A DNA stretch of 62,936 bases, the filler included, from Octopus bimaculoides (taxonomy: Eukaryota), in NCBI RefSeq assembly GCF_001194135.2. It is 8 parts of 8 records of this genome, joined end to end, with 100 filler letters (N's around TTAATTAATTAA, not from the genome) between each part and the next. Parts side by side here need not be neighbours in the genome. Positions count along the whole stretch, not along the records: positions 21,400 to 34,562 come from NC_068985.1; positions 34,663 to 41,785 come from NC_068988.1; 6 more parts are not named here. One strand, 5' to 3'. A program made the translations under genes and the position numbers. Positions 24,867 through 37,729 of the stretch are shown here, piece by piece. The notes beneath the pieces were generated by a model. The model had not been told where the DNA came from. It searched no databases and saw nothing but the letters and a program-made list of their open reading frames with translations. The first letter of the stretch is position 1; each line of letters opens with the position of its first letter.

Positions 24867-25195
24867 AAAGCGCATGGCTTAGTGGTTAGAGCATCAGGCT
24901 CACAATCGTGAGGTAGTGAGTTTGATTCCTGGACTGGGCTGTGCATTGTGTTCCTGAGCAAGATACTTTATTTCACATTGCCCCAGTTCACTCAGCTGTA
25001 GAAATCAGTTGCAACATGACAGATACCAAGCTGGCCTTTGCCTTTCCCTTGGATAACATCAGTGGTGTGGAGAGGAGAGGCTGGTATGCATGGGCGAATG
25101 TGCTGGTCTTCCATAAACAATCTTGCCTGGACTTGTGCCTTGGCGGAGAGCTTTCTAGGTGCAATCCCATTATTGACCAAAGGGTGTCTGCAGGA
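24867..25195 (+). mobile_element. tRNA-derived SINE (family C)
   Basis: A-box-like TGGCTTAGTGG and B-box-like GTTTGATTCC, followed by GTGTTCCTGAGCAAGATACTTTATTTCAC...CACTCAGCTGTAGAAAT. Confidence 0.65.
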
Positions 25196-26429
25196 ATGGC
25201 TTTATAGGTGCAGGATTGGCTGTGTGGTAAGTAGCTTGCTTACCAACCACATAGTTCCAGGTTCAGTCCCACTGCGTGGCACCTTGGGCAAGTGTCTTTC
25301 ACTATANNNNNNNNNNNNNNNNNNNNNNNNNNNNNNNNNNNNNNNNNNNNNNNNNNNNNNNNNNNNNNNNNNNNNNNNNNNNNNNNNNNNNNNNNNNNNN
25401 NNNNNNNNNNNNNNNNNNNNNNNNNNNNNNNNNNNNNNNNNNNNNNNNNNNNNNNNNNNNNNNNNNNNNNNNNNNNNNNNNNNNNNNNNNNNNNNNNNNN
25501 NNNNNNNNNNNNNNNNNNNNNNNNNNNNNNNNNNNNNNNNNNNNNNNNNNNNNNNNNNNNNNNNNNNNNNNNNNNNNNNNNNNNNNNNNNNNNNNNNNNN
25601 NNNNNNNNNNNNNNNNNNNNNNNNNNNNNNNNNNNNNNNNNNNNNNNNNNNNNNNNNNNNNNNNNNNNNNNNNNNNNNNNNNNNNNNNNNNNNNNNNNNN
25701 NNNNNNNNNNNNNNNNNNNNNNNNNNNNNNNNNNNNNNNNNNNNNNNNNNNNNNNNNNNNNNNNNNNNNNNNNNNNNNNNNNNNNNNNNNNNNNNNNNNN
25801 NNNNNNNNNNNNNNNNNNNNNNNNNNNNNNNNNNNNNNNNNNNNNNNNNNNATATATAGCATATGAAAGACAGAAGATGGAATATACGAGAATTTATTGT
25901 TAATCATGACAATTGTTTTAACACATCTAGCATCGATTCCTCTTGGGTGGGACACTCAACAACTGATTCAGGAGCATCCAGTGGTGCAGATGTATCTTGT
26001 CAGATGATAAATAAATACAACTTGTTAAAATGACTGTTCTGCAATGTAACTTTCCATTTTGTAGAGAGAAATGCAGCCAGATGGAGGAAATATCTTCATT
26101 TATGTAGAAGATCAAAAAATAAAATCACAGATGGCAAAAAGAGGAACGAAGATGCAATATGGAGAGAAAAGTATTAAAAATAACCCTTAACAGATCATCA
26201 TCAGATATGGATGTATAAACACTCTTGGACAACTTCATGGCTTGAGTATACTCGCTCATACAAGCATCCGCAAAAATGTGAGCATACACACATGTGAGGT
26301 TTGGTGCTCTCATGATCACAAAGCAAGTTTGTTATCTACTTGGTGTTTATAAAAATGAAGCGGTTGAAAGTAAACTTAAGTCATCCATAACTTAAAGTAA
26401 ATTAAGTTAACAGTTACTCAAAATTCATT

Positions 26430-27130
26430 CTCACTGTATTGTGCAAAAGTACATTTATATGCATGTAGGCATCTCGAGTCATTCAGAAATTTGATTAATT
26501 ATCTTCTCTTTAGTCCACAGAATAGACAGGGATTCCTCAAGCAGAGACAGCATCTCCTGGAAATTATATTGTATGGTTTTGCATACCTTACTATGGACCA
26601 ATTAATGTTGTACTTCGTTTTAACCTCCTTCAGTCATCATACAAAATCTGCCAAAGATGTTGAATGTCTCTTATTGATTGTCTTAAAGCTGGCAACATTG
26701 TTACAATAGCGATTCTTAAATGAATCAACTGTCTGCCCAATGTAAACATAGGGAACTCCCCTTGTGTGCATGGTACATTTATATACAAGATTTGTACTCA
26801 TACAGAGATTCATCGAAGGACATTTTAATTTTTCTCTGCATGAGCATTTATCATATTTATTTGTATATAAGGCAGTACCAACTCCATTTACCAGCATTGT
26901 TACCATGCTAGCTGCATCATAAGTATTTCTACTACTACAAATTGGTCATAGTTGGTGTTTATCAATGCGGTTTACATCTCCTTGGTTGTTATTTAGATGC
27001 AAATGTTCACTAGATCCAGTAGGTGGGTTATTAAATCTTTGCTGCATTTTGTTATTGTTTATGCAATGTATAAGCTGCTCTAAATTAGCAGAGTTGGTGT
27101 AGGATACCTTCACGGTGTGTCGATTAAAAA
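26430..27130 (-). mobile_element. Penelope-like element 3' fragment (linker plus GIY-YIG endonuclease), second lineage
   Basis: FNRHTVKVSYTNSANL...CSCREKLKCPSMNLCMSTNLVYKC...YIGQTVDSFKNRY.NNVASFK...STSLADFV**LKE...INWSIVRYAKPY...RCCLCL. Confidence 0.85.
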
Positions 27131-27849
27131 TGTATAGTGTAATTATAAAATATAATCATAAATGGTAATATGAATAAATATAATACCGTATAAATATAAA
27201 TTATTTTAATTTTTATAGGTGCAAGCATGGTTGAGTGGTTGAAAAGCTTGCTTCCTTACCATATGTTCTTAGGTTCAGTCACACTGTACGGTACCTATGA
27301 AAGGTCAAGGTTGGCCAAAGCCCTACGAGTGGATTTGGTAGACAGAAACTGAAAGAAGCTTGTCATATATGCATATATGTGCTTATGTGTGCGTCTGTGT
27401 GTGTGTGTGTGTGTGTATGTTAACATTCATGTTTGTGTTAGTGCACACGTGTGCCATGTGTGTGCGTCTGTGTGTGTGTATGTATGTTCACTAACAAAAT
27501 TCCGTGCAGCAGGGAATTTGTCAGTGAACAGGTCGCTGTCTCAAAGCAACGAAAATATTTTGGCAAATTAAATTTAAATGTTGAAGTGAATCTAACGGTT
27601 TTTGTGTGTTTCTTAAATGGCTTATAAACACCTTCCATGCTGCAATTGTTTTCGTTCCAGCACACGATCTCAGATCAGGTCACTTGCTATGCAAGTACAT
27701 CTCCGTAATATGTGTGTGTATCTGGTGGTGGTGGTGGTGGTGGCGATGATCATCATCATCATTGGTAGCAGGAACAATAGCAGCATACATATGCACACTG
27801 ATACACATATATGCATACATACATACATACATATATACATACATAAACG

Positions 27850-28140
27850 AACTCCTACTTCTAGTCCACAAGTGTGCAGTCTCCTCCCTTTGCTTTTTCT
27901 ATCGATACTTCTACTATAATGGCCTTTGCTCCTTGGAGTTAGTTAAAATCATGCTACCTCCAGTTTGGTATTCCAACTCATCTCTCTTCCCATTACTCTG
28001 CAATGTCCTCCACCACTGCCACCTCTCTCAGCTCCTGCTCAAATCACTTCATCCCGTCCTTTCTCCGAAGAATTTTGGACTTCTGTTACTCCACATCTTT
28101 CCAACCGATGTTGACTTTCAAAAACATCAGTTTTGGAGAA
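27850..28140 (+). mobile_element. CR1/L2-group LINE RT C-terminal fragment
   Basis: LVHKCAVSSLCFFYRYFYYNGLCSLELVKIMLPP. Same family as 33440-34030. Confidence 0.6.
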
Positions 28141-28200
28141 GTTGAAGGCATAGGCTCCACCACCATTCCCCTGACTCAAGAAGTAAAATAATTCACACAT

Positions 28201-28582
28201 AGGCACAGGAATGGCTGTGTGGTAAGTAGCTTGTTTACGAACCACATGGTTCCGGGTTCATTCCCACTGCGTGGTACCTTGGGTAAGTGTCTTCTACTAT
28301 AGCCTCGGGTCTTGTGAGTGAATTTGGTAGACGGAAACTGAAAGAAGCCTGTCGTATATATGTACCTATATATGTATGTGTGTCTGTTTGTCCCCCCAAC
28401 ATCGCTTAACAACCGATGGTGGTGTGTTTACGTCCCTGTAACTTAGCGGTTCGGCAAAATGGACCGATAGAATAAGTACTAGGCTTACAAAGAATAAGTT
28501 GTGGGGTCGATTTGCTGGACTAAAGGCGGTGCTCCAGCATGGCCGCAGTCAAATGACTGAAACAAGTAAAAGAGTAAAGAGT
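28201..28582 (+). mobile_element. tRNA-derived SINE (family A), near full length
   Basis: GGCTGTGTGGTAAGTAGCTTG...GGTTCA.TCCCACTGCGTGG...GGCGGTGCTCCAGCATGGCCGCAGTCAAATGACTGAAACAAGTAAAAGAGT. Partial copies near 25203-25306, 27224-27375, 29915-30065, 31275-31385, 33150-33312 and 39715-39815. Confidence 0.85.
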
Positions 28583-28630
28583 ATACAGATTTGACATTTA
28601 GGAAGTCGTTTTAACCGTGAAGCAATAAGT

Positions 28631-28690
28631 TATCAAGGGAGATAATTAAAATATCAAGGGAGATAATTTAAATATCAAGGGAGATTACTG
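28631..28690. repeat. 21-bp tandem repeat x3 (TATCAAGGGAGATAATTAAAA)
   Basis: Units start at 28631, 28652 and 28673. Confidence 0.85.
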
Positions 28691-28737
28691 ACAAATTACA
28701 AACAAACGCACCACGTGTTCTTTCACNNNNNNNNNNA

Positions 28738-28776
<39 letters not shown>

Positions 28777-29179
28777 AAAATCAGAAGGTATGTATAAATA
28801 TATTTATAACAACCGGCACAAGCATATTAACTGATCTATCAATTAATAGCTGACACATGTATAAATATTAACCGGTAACTATGTAACTAGCTTATTCTAT
28901 TATTATTGAGCTTTTGAAATTTCTTTAGTGTTTATCTTTTCGTTCCATCGCTCTATTGTGGATTGTTAATGTGTGTCTCAGTAATATATTATGCTCTAGC
29001 CAGTTTACAAGGTATTCAGTACTTCCTACACATGTGCTGGTTCTCATTCCTCAATAGTGCTTTCAGTTAGGTTGCCAATACCATAGTATTCCAACTTCCT
29101 AACTCACAGTTCTCCACCCACAAATACGAAAGTGTCCCGTAATTTTAATAAACGAGAATATATATTCGCTACATCAATA

Positions 29180-29223
<44 letters not shown>

Positions 29224-30292
29224 TGCTCTCTATTATAAAGGCAGCAAAATAACAAAGGAGTATCTACGCAGTCGCTCAGCCTGTTAAAAATGATAGACAT
29301 ATCTCCTTTTCATCACACCCTACCGTCATAAATGAAGGATATATTAGACAATCTAATTTCTGAAATGCGGAAAAACGAAATGGTTAGGTTTGCTCGATCG
29401 AAGGTGATCTGGGTCTCAACAAAAAAACTACGCTGAAAGTTTGGTTGCGTAGTAAATGTCTTTTGAAAATGACGATTTTAAATATCCTTTCTCTTTAAGC
29501 CTTCATGTTAAGCATATTAAATCGTTTAAACTGCCTTTTGGGGAGGGGTAGGTCCTGCAAAATGTTATATGCGCGATACTAGCCCCTCCTCTACTGACTT
29601 AGTTTCATGGTTCCATTTGCATGTTGGGTAAGTTACTGAAGGAAGCCTTTTGAGTGTAATGCTACCTCAGTTTCATTCTCAAGTTGCCAAGTTTTATGTC
29701 ATAGGTCCACAGTTGTTTTGGTTAGTGCATCTAATATAGAGTTTGGTTGTAACGTTACTGTTGCCATCAGTCAGCATTTGACGATGTTATTTGTTACTCT
29801 ATTGGGCATTCAGTTAAAATACGAATAGGAACGAATAACTCTGTATGACAATTCCACTCATGTATAGCTATCGTGTTATGTCAAGACAAAGAGATACAAA
29901 TATACACACTTTCACATATGCACACGACAAACTTCTACAAGTTTCCGCCTACCAAATGCACTCACAAAGCTTTAGTCGGCTTGGGGCTATAGTAGAAGAC
30001 ACTTATCCAATCTACCAGTGGGACTGAACCCATGTTACTGGGAAAAAAAACTTCTTAACCATCCCAAAGAATTTATTTATGTCCAAAGCCTACGTCTGCT
30101 TGAAATACCTATTGCTACCTGTACACCAAAGACTTACCTCTACTAAAAATCCAACCCCTACTTTACATTTTTCCAATAATCTATCTCTGTTCAAAGGCGT
30201 AACTTTACTCCAAAAGTATTCATCAACAGTTATATGAGTGAAACACTTTAATAGTTCAGTCTCATTATGTTGCAGGTTGCATAAACATCAGA

Positions 30293-30508
30293 ATGGGAGG
30301 CAACGATGGACCAAAGGAAAAGAGTGGCTGCAAGAGATCACGTACCTATTACAAGAAATGTATGTATAAGAAACGTAAGAAATGGAACTCCATTGATGTT
30401 GGGATGCGAGGTTTTCTGGTGACATGTAATCGCAATGAAAGTCAAGCTGTTAAGGAAATGTATAATCTTCTCAATGAATACGCCGATATATTATATGGAC
30501 CTGAACAT
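30293..30508 (+). CDS. THUMPD1: THUMP domain-containing protein 1, first coding exon (exon starts at 30276)
   Basis: tgttgcag|...ATG GGNDGPKEKSGCKRSRTYYKKCMYKKRKKWNSIDVGMRGFLVTCNRNESQAVKEMYNLLNEYADILYGPEH|gtgagt. The G.L.TCN..E...V.E.Y.LLNEY...YGPE pattern is THUMPD1/Tan1. Possible upstream UTR-exon donor GG|GTAAGT at 29627/29628. Confidence 0.9.
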
Positions 30509-30550
30509 GTGAGTTTTGTTTATTAATAGTATCTTTTGTAAGACGACAGA

Positions 30551-30810
30551 CTGGCAGAATCATTACTGTGCTGGAGAAAATACTTTGCATTCTGAGTTCA
30601 AATGTCACCAAGGTCAACTTTGCCTTTCATTTTTTCAGGGATCAATAAAATAAGTACCAGTTGAGCATTGGGATCGATGTAATAACTAGCCCTCTCTTCA
30701 TATTTCAATCCTTGTGCAAGGTTTGATGACTTTCGTCCTTTCAGGGTCAATAAAATAAATACTAGTAAAATACTGAACTCAATATAGTCCATTGTAACAC
30801 TTCCTATTAT
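30551..30810 (+). mobile_element. Family-B SINE in the THUMPD1 intron
   Basis: CTGGCAGAATCATTAC...GAGTTCAAAT...CTTTCATTTTTTCAGGGATCAATAAAATAAGTACCAGTTG. Confidence 0.7.
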
Positions 30811-30827
30811 TTTGAGATCCTTTTGGT

Positions 30828-31065
30828 CATCATCATCATCACCGTTTAACATTCATTTTCCATGCTGGCATGGGTTGGACGGTTTGACTGAGGTCTAGAG
30901 AGCTAGCGGCTGCACATAGGCTCCAATATGATCTGGCAATGTTTCTACAACTGGATGCCCTTCCTAATGTCAACCACTCCAAGAGTGTAGTGGGTGCTTT
31001 TTACGTGCCACCAGCACGGGAGCCAGTTAGTGGGTACTGGCATTGACCACGTTCGAACTTTTGTT
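30828..31065 (-). mobile_element. RTE-related non-autonomous short element
   Basis: Sense strand TTAGGAAGGGCATCCAGTTGTAGAAAC...CCCATGCCAGCATGGAAAA.GAATGTTAAACGGTGATGATG. Degraded copies near 32850-33130, 34255-34480 and 39000-39090. Confidence 0.65.
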
Positions 31066-31970
31066 TATCCATATTAGCATGGGGTAGATGAATATGTTAC
31101 TGAAGCATTGTTTTACAGCTAGATGCCTTTCTTGTTTCACAAGTATCTCTTATTTCATACCCCTTCAAAAGTGCAAAAGTGAGCAGACTATTTGCTGATT
31201 GGAGAAATGAAGCAATGCCAAGAACTCTGCTTGTAGTTGGTGACTTTCATAGAGCCCAAATGTAAACACACACATACAGGGTTTCCACTTAGTTTTTTGT
31301 CTATCAGATTCACTCATAAGGCTTTGGTTGGTCTGGGGCTATAGCAGAATGCATACCCAAGGTGCTGCACAGTAGAACTAAAGTGGAAATCATTTTCTTT
31401 TTGATTTTGATTTTTTTTACCTTTTTTGTAACTTTTACTTTCCAAGGAAGAGTGTGGATATTTATTTATTTATTCACATCGTTTCAAATTAATCATGAAT
31501 TATCTTGTAGCTTCTAGATCCTGATGACATGTTAGTTTATTTTTAGAATGACATTGAAGGGTAGGTGTGAGGGGCCAGATCTGACCAGTTTGAACATAAA
31601 ACAGGTAGAATATTTTGACCAGATATGGCCAGTTTAAATGCTAAAGTAACTCCAGCTGATTGTTGCTGAGTGGAGTGGAATGAGGATCTCATGTCTGCTT
31701 GTGCTGAGATCAACTTACCTTTTCATCTTTCTGAGATCATTAAAATAAATGATATGTCCTAAGATTGGTGGTATCAACTTATTCTTCCCCACCTCTCAAA
31801 ATTGTTGGTCTTGTGCCTAAATCAGAAACATCTCTTAAAAGGCAGAATCGTTACATCATTTGTCAAACTGCTTTTTACATTCTCAGTTCAAATCCCACTG
31901 AATTCAACATTGACTTTCATCTCTCTGGTATTGATTAAGTAAGGCACCAGTTATGTACTAAGATCTGTTC

Positions 31971-32041
31971 CAGTGGTTTCCAACCCTTTTATTTAAATGA
32001 GTTTTTCCACTGACCCCTTTTAATATGCTTATCCTTAAGTA

Positions 32042-32128
<87 letters not shown>

Positions 32129-32177
32129 ATGTTCATGGACCACCAGGCGTCCACAGACCTCAGGTTGGGAACTACTG
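31971..32177. mobile_element. hAT (Charlie-like) MITE whose interior is largely (TG)n/(TA)n
   Basis: TIRs CAGTGGTTTCCAACC / GGTTGGGAACTACTG. Flanking 8-mers ATCTGTTC / GTCTGTTT match at 6 of 8. Confidence 0.7.
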
Positions 32178-32289
32178 GTCTGTTTAATTGACTGACATTC
32201 CTCCTCTTCCCACCATGTTTAAGGTTTTGGGCCTATTTAAGAAATTAAAATGGCTTTATTTTGTTTTTCTGATATTTTATCTGATTTAG

Positions 32290-32766
32290 ACAGAGGTGAC
32301 ATCAAAGAATTTGGAATCTAATGATGACAAAGAAGATTCAGAAGAATCAGCTGGTGAGATTGAAGATGAACTTGAACGAGAAGTGAAAGCCTTGAAAGAC
32401 GAAAAACCTGCCGAACGGCGGTTCCAACAGGTGGACAGTGGCACAAAGAACTGTCTCTTCATCAAGACTACTCTCGAGAAGCCATGTGAATTAATTCATC
32501 ACATTCTCAGTGATATTTACCAAAGTCAGGTCCAAAAGACTCGTTATAGTCTTCGTGTCCTTCCAGTGAGTACCATTTGTCGTATCGATTTGGCAGACAT
32601 CACAAAGGTAGCCACGGACCTCCTGGATTCATATTTCTCCACACCTTTTGGAACAACAACAACATATGGCATTTCATTTAAGGCTCGTATGACTGCTAGA
32701 GTGACCCGTGATGATGTAATTCGGAATATCTGTCAGATTATTGAAGAGATGAATCCCTTGAATAAG
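32290..32766 (+). CDS. THUMPD1: THUMPD1 second coding exon
   Basis: gatttag|TEVTSK...EIEDELEREVKALK...ERRFQQVDSGTKNCLFIKT...ELIHHILSDI...KTRYSLRVLPVSTIC...YGISFKAR...RDDVIRNICQII..MNPLNK|gttggt, phase 0/0. Start could alternatively be 32296. Confidence 0.9.
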
Positions 32767-33439
32767 GTTGGTGATGTATATAAACCTGTTGCATTAATGT
32801 TTTACAATTTAGTTTAAACATGTTTAAAATTCTGTTTATCATGTTTCAAAACTTGGTTTGCTTATTACCTTGAAAACCTGGTTTGTTTGTTCTTCATTAC
32901 CATCATCATCATCATTTTAATATTCACTTTTCTATGCTTGTGTGGGTTTGATAGTTTATTGATGCAGATTTTCTTCAGCTGGATGCCTCTCCTATCACCA
33001 ACTCTCACCTTCCAAGCAAGGTAATATTTCCCTAAGGCCAAGTATGTTTTTCCAGATTTAGAAATGAATGGCACTACTTGTACAGCAGTGACACTCATTT
33101 ACAACTATCACAAAATGTCAAGACACAAATACACACACAGATACATATATATATACAACAGGCTTCTTTTTGTCTACCAAATTCCCACAAGGCTTTCATT
33201 GCCCTGAGACTATTGTAGAAGATACTTGTCCAAGATGCCATGCAGTGGGATTAAACTTAGAACCATGAGGTTGAGAAGCAAGCTTTTTACCACACAGCCA
33301 AGCCTGCACCTATTTGTCATACCTTTAAAACCAGGATTATGGTTTAAGACTATCACAAATGAATCAGATGTTCTTAAGTGTTAGAAACATCTGATTTATC
33401 TGCAATAATCTTAAACTGAGTTTATTGATGATGTTTTTG

Positions 33440-34030
33440 TTCTGGATACCTTTAAAATCTAGTAATGATGCACTTTAGAAAAGATGTTTTCATATGTTAA
33501 CATATCATTTTTGTATATTTTCTCACCTTACTGGAGTCGACTTATGAAGCTCTCTCTCTCCAGAATCTGTAGTGTATTCTTTGTACTAGTAACATCAAAT
33601 GAAATACCCAATTCTTTATTACAAAAAACATTATTTTTGAATACCTCTTCTTGCTCATGTTCTCATCTTGCTCAATCCCTTACTACCTTTTCATGCACCA
33701 ACACCACTGCTATCATTTTTCTTGGAACAGCTGCAAACATCCAATAAAAAGGCCGTCTAACTGATTGATATCAAATCACTCATTGGCAGATATCAACCTT
33801 TGGCTTGTAGACATGCTGGCATCTCACTCTGTCTTTGCCCTTCTATTATTGAAACACCTGCTCCTCACTTGCAGTGGCTCTTTCACCACTTTCATGAATC
33901 ATACTCACATGCCTTACTTGTCTTTCCTCTATACTGTGTATAACTCCCAAGGTCCTTTCTCTCCAGAACATCAACCCTGTGGAATTCTCTCCCTGCCTAT
34001 GTTTTTCTTGCAATTGTACAAAAAGAACAT
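33440..34030 (+). mobile_element. Degraded CR1/L2-group LINE RT 3' part
   Basis: Frameshifted similarity to L..VQ.KA.RLI....L..L.PL..RR..ASLSLFY...CSSEL...FF.RT..LWNSLP..VF. Confidence 0.55.
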
Positions 34031-34522
34031 CAGCTACATTCTTGGAAGACCTATGAGAGCCATTGGCACAATCCCTTCCAGTTGACCAAACCAGTAAAAA
34101 AAAACTACATTATTATAGGATGATAAAAGTCTTGATAATTATTGAGTTAAACCAGATGCCATGTTGCTGATTAAGATTTGCAGGACTAAAATTTAAACAT
34201 TACAGCAGCCACTGTTATCTTCCACATTTTTTTGCTTTTTTCAGTTTTAAAGTAGGTCACATCACTCATCATTTTAATGTCCACTATTTCATGTTTTCAT
34301 GAGTCAGACACAATTCATTCAGGCAGGTTTTCTATGGTCAGATGCCCCTCATTATTTCCAAGTAAGGTAATATTTCCCTCATGGCAATGCATGTTTTTCA
34401 TGGACGATTGTAAATGAATGGCATCAATTTTATAATGTTGACTCTCATTTACAACTATCATGAGGTGTTAAGATAAGGAGACACTAACGAAAATATATAT
34501 GTATATCTATATCTATCTATCT

Positions 34523-34562
<40 letters not shown>

Positions 34563-34662
34563 NNNNNNNNNNNNNNNNNNNNNNNNNNNNNNNNNNNNNN
34601 NNNNNNTTAATTAATTAANNNNNNNNNNNNNNNNNNNNNNNNNNNNNNNNNNNNNNNNNNNN

Positions 34663-34704
<42 letters not shown>

Positions 34705-35238
34705 ATATTGAAATGAGATTGGTTATTTCAGATTCCTGATTTTAAACTCTCACTAAATTCCAGAACAAGAAAAGTTTTCTTTGAAATGGATATCAAATTA
34801 AGGAGACTGTTTAAAAAGATATTTCTATCAAAATAACATTTTAACTGAAGATTATGAAATATTTTCGTGGTGGAATACCAAATAAAATACTTACCATTGC
34901 ATCAGAACCATGTAATTCTAGAGACGTGGGGAATCTAACATCGTGTAAAGAATATCCAGTGATTGTTGCTTCCATTTTGCATTCATATAAACTAAGAGAA
35001 ACGATGTTTCGAATGGTTTTCTCGTCAAATTTATTCTCTAATATTCGGTGTCTGACCTAAATTGTGCTTCTATTTTTATAAAGATTATTCCTTTAACGAA
35101 TGATAATAATTATCTTGAATTTCATTATCTTTATCAACACAAAGGTTAGTTGTGACACTTTATCAATTACCACCGAGTTAAAACTGTGAATATAATAAAA
35201 AATGGAAAATATGCCATGGAAAGTAATTAACAGTGATT

Positions 35239-35534
35239 AATTAACCCTTTCGTTACCAAACTGCCCAAAGCCGCCCGAAAAAAATTTTGGTTCATGTGAC
35301 CAAGCCGCCCAAAACCGCCCGTAATCACCTATTCATATTTAAATGAGAATATCTGAGCAAATCTCGTTAGTACATTCGTGAAAACACGTGATTATTTGTG
35401 TAAACTGTTCAGCAATAGTTTTGTACGACGATCAACATGTTATTTTAATTTTGTGAATTTTGGGAGATTTTTTTCCAAATTTGTTCCTGTTATGTTTTCA
35501 AAATTTGTAATCCTGACAAAAAAATGGATACGAA
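35239..35534 (+). mobile_element. Possible piggyBac-type MITE left end
   Basis: TTAA followed by CCCTTTCGTTACC, with repeated AAGCCGCCC/AAACCGCCC subterminal motifs. The right end is not seen (gap). Confidence 0.35.
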
Positions 35535-37011
35535 NNNNNNNNNNNNNNNNNNNNNNNNNNNNNNNNNNNNNNNNNNNNNNNNNNNNNNNNNNNNNNNNNN
35601 NNNNNNNNNNNNNNNNNNNNNNNNNNNNNNNNNNNNNNNNNNNNNNNNNNNNNNNNNNNNNNNNNNNNNNNNNNNNNNNNNNNNNNNNNNNNNNNNNNNN
35701 NNNNNNNNNNNNNNNNNNNNNNNNNNNNNNNNNNNNNNNNNNNNNNNNNNNNNNNNNNNNNNNNNNNNNNNNNNNNNNNNNNNNNNNNNNNNNNNNNNNN
35801 NNNNNNNNNNNNNNNNNNNNNNNNNNNNNNNNNNNNNNNNNNNNNNNNNNNNNNNNNNNNNNNNNNNNNNNNNNNNNNNNNNNNNNNNNNNNNNNNNNNN
35901 NNNNNNNNNNNNNNNNNNNNNNNNNNNNNNNNNNNNNNNNNNNNNNNNNNNNNNNNNNNNNNNNNNNNNNNNNNNNTTCCCTTCTTCAGCGTACGACAAT
36001 CGCCGACCTTCGATGCAAAAGATATTCCTTGGCAAATATATATAACTTTTTCCAGTGAAATTATTCACTGATATCGAAAAAGTGAAAACAAGCAATGTTA
36101 AATCTCTGAACGAGGTATTAACAGTAACTGCATGATAAAGTGAAGTATATTTGCCACTTAAATGTGGCTGACCCCGAGGGGTGGATGTTACTGTTGCTTT
36201 TAGCCCCAGGAGGACATCTCCTCCAGCTGGCTATCGACACACATCTGTGTCCTGTCTGTATTTGCCAAGGGAAGTTATCTTTCCCATCTTGATCTACGAT
36301 ATGTACGTACTCCTTCTTAAGTTCAAGGATAGGAATATTTTAATGAGAGCAAATGATCACCAAAGGCTTTGTGAAAAAATGAACTGTCTCTTCTCTAGTT
36401 GTTAGTTTTCTAACATGTTTTACCAATCTACAACAGAAGCTATGGCTGTACGTATCTTCATGTTATCTTTCCATGTCTTCACACCAATCTATCTATGTTT
36501 GTATCGAATCTACATGTAATGCAACAGCTGTGAAGAAATGTGATGTTGATATGAGAAAAGACTCAAACTTAGGTCAGTCATGAGCCTTAGCACTCATAAA
36601 ATTGGATCTTAACCTAGCTTCTATGGTGTATAAGTGACGGAGATTACAACACTCCCCCTGGATGGAATGCCAGTCCATCACAGTGTTAACTCCCCCTTGA
36701 ATGTTCAATTTCTCATATTTCCAAACTGATCTCTCTGTTTTAGTGTCTGTTTGACCACCCTGCACACCAACTTGACAAGTGTTGGTTCGTTTACATCCCT
36801 GTAACATAACAGTTAAACAAAAAACCCATAGACTAAGTTCAAGACTCAAAGAAAAACAACATAAGTAATGCTGTTCATTCGTTTCACTAAGACCCTTCAA
36901 GGTGGAGCCCCAGCATGGCCACAGTCCAAAGACTGAAAAATACCTACCAATATTAATTATATCTAATTATGGCAAAAGTATAACACCATAGCAGTATCGC
37001 TAGCCCAGTGT

Positions 37012-37061
<50 letters not shown>

Positions 37062-37370
37062 TTAATATATGTATATATATATTTATGTAATAAATCTAAT
37101 GAATGAGTTGTAATCAATCAAATATGTATCTAATTAAGGCCGGTCTTTTAATTTAGCTTCATCTATTCCCAGCTTTTGGGAAAACGCCAGCAGTTCCTTT
37201 ACACATATAGCAACACCACAGCTTGTTTCGTTGTTTAAATCAATGTTGTGTGTGAGTCTCTCTATATATATATGCATAAATACACACACACAGATACATT
37301 TATACATGTTATGTACATATAAACTTATCTTTCTGTTCATATCAATCAATCAATCTATCTATCTACAAAT

Positions 37371-37640
37371 TCTTGTATTTACTTCAGTCATTTGACTGTA
37401 GCCATGCTGGAGCACCACCCTTAGTGAAACAAATCTACCCTAGGACCACACACACACACACATATATATACATACAACAGGCTTCTTTCAGTTTCTGTCT
37501 ACCAAATCCACTCACAAGGCTCTGGTCGGCCCGAGGCTATAGTAGAAGACACTTGCTCAAGGTGCCATGCAGTGGGACTGAACCTGGAACCATGTGGTTC
37601 GTAAGCAAGCTACTTACCACACAGACACTCCAAAGCCTAT
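37371..37640 (-). mobile_element. Family-A SINE, internally deleted
   Basis: Head and GGTGGTGCTCCAGCATGGCTACAGTCAAATGACTGAAGTAA tail present. Confidence 0.75.
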
Positions 37641-37649
37641 ATATATTTG

Positions 37650-37703
37650 GTTTTTCTTGTGTCATCTCTTTTATATATATCTAAGAGATGACACAAGAAA
37701 AAC
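37650..37703. repeat. Perfect 21-bp inverted repeat with 12-nt spacer
   Basis: GTTTTTCTTGTGTCATCTCTT (37650-37670) / AAGAGATGACACAAGAAAAAC (37683-37703). Confidence 0.9.
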
Positions 37704-37729
37704 TAAATGTTTTGTAATGAGCTTCCTTA

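Noticed and set aside
24867-24935. tRNA-like heads with A and B boxes (also 28201, 43483, 46064, 52401, 55349)
   Set aside because: They do not complete a cloverleaf and continue into shared SINE bodies.
35977-35995. CTGAAGAAGG (-) adjacent to a gap
   Set aside because: The rest of any motif would be in Ns and cannot be evaluated.
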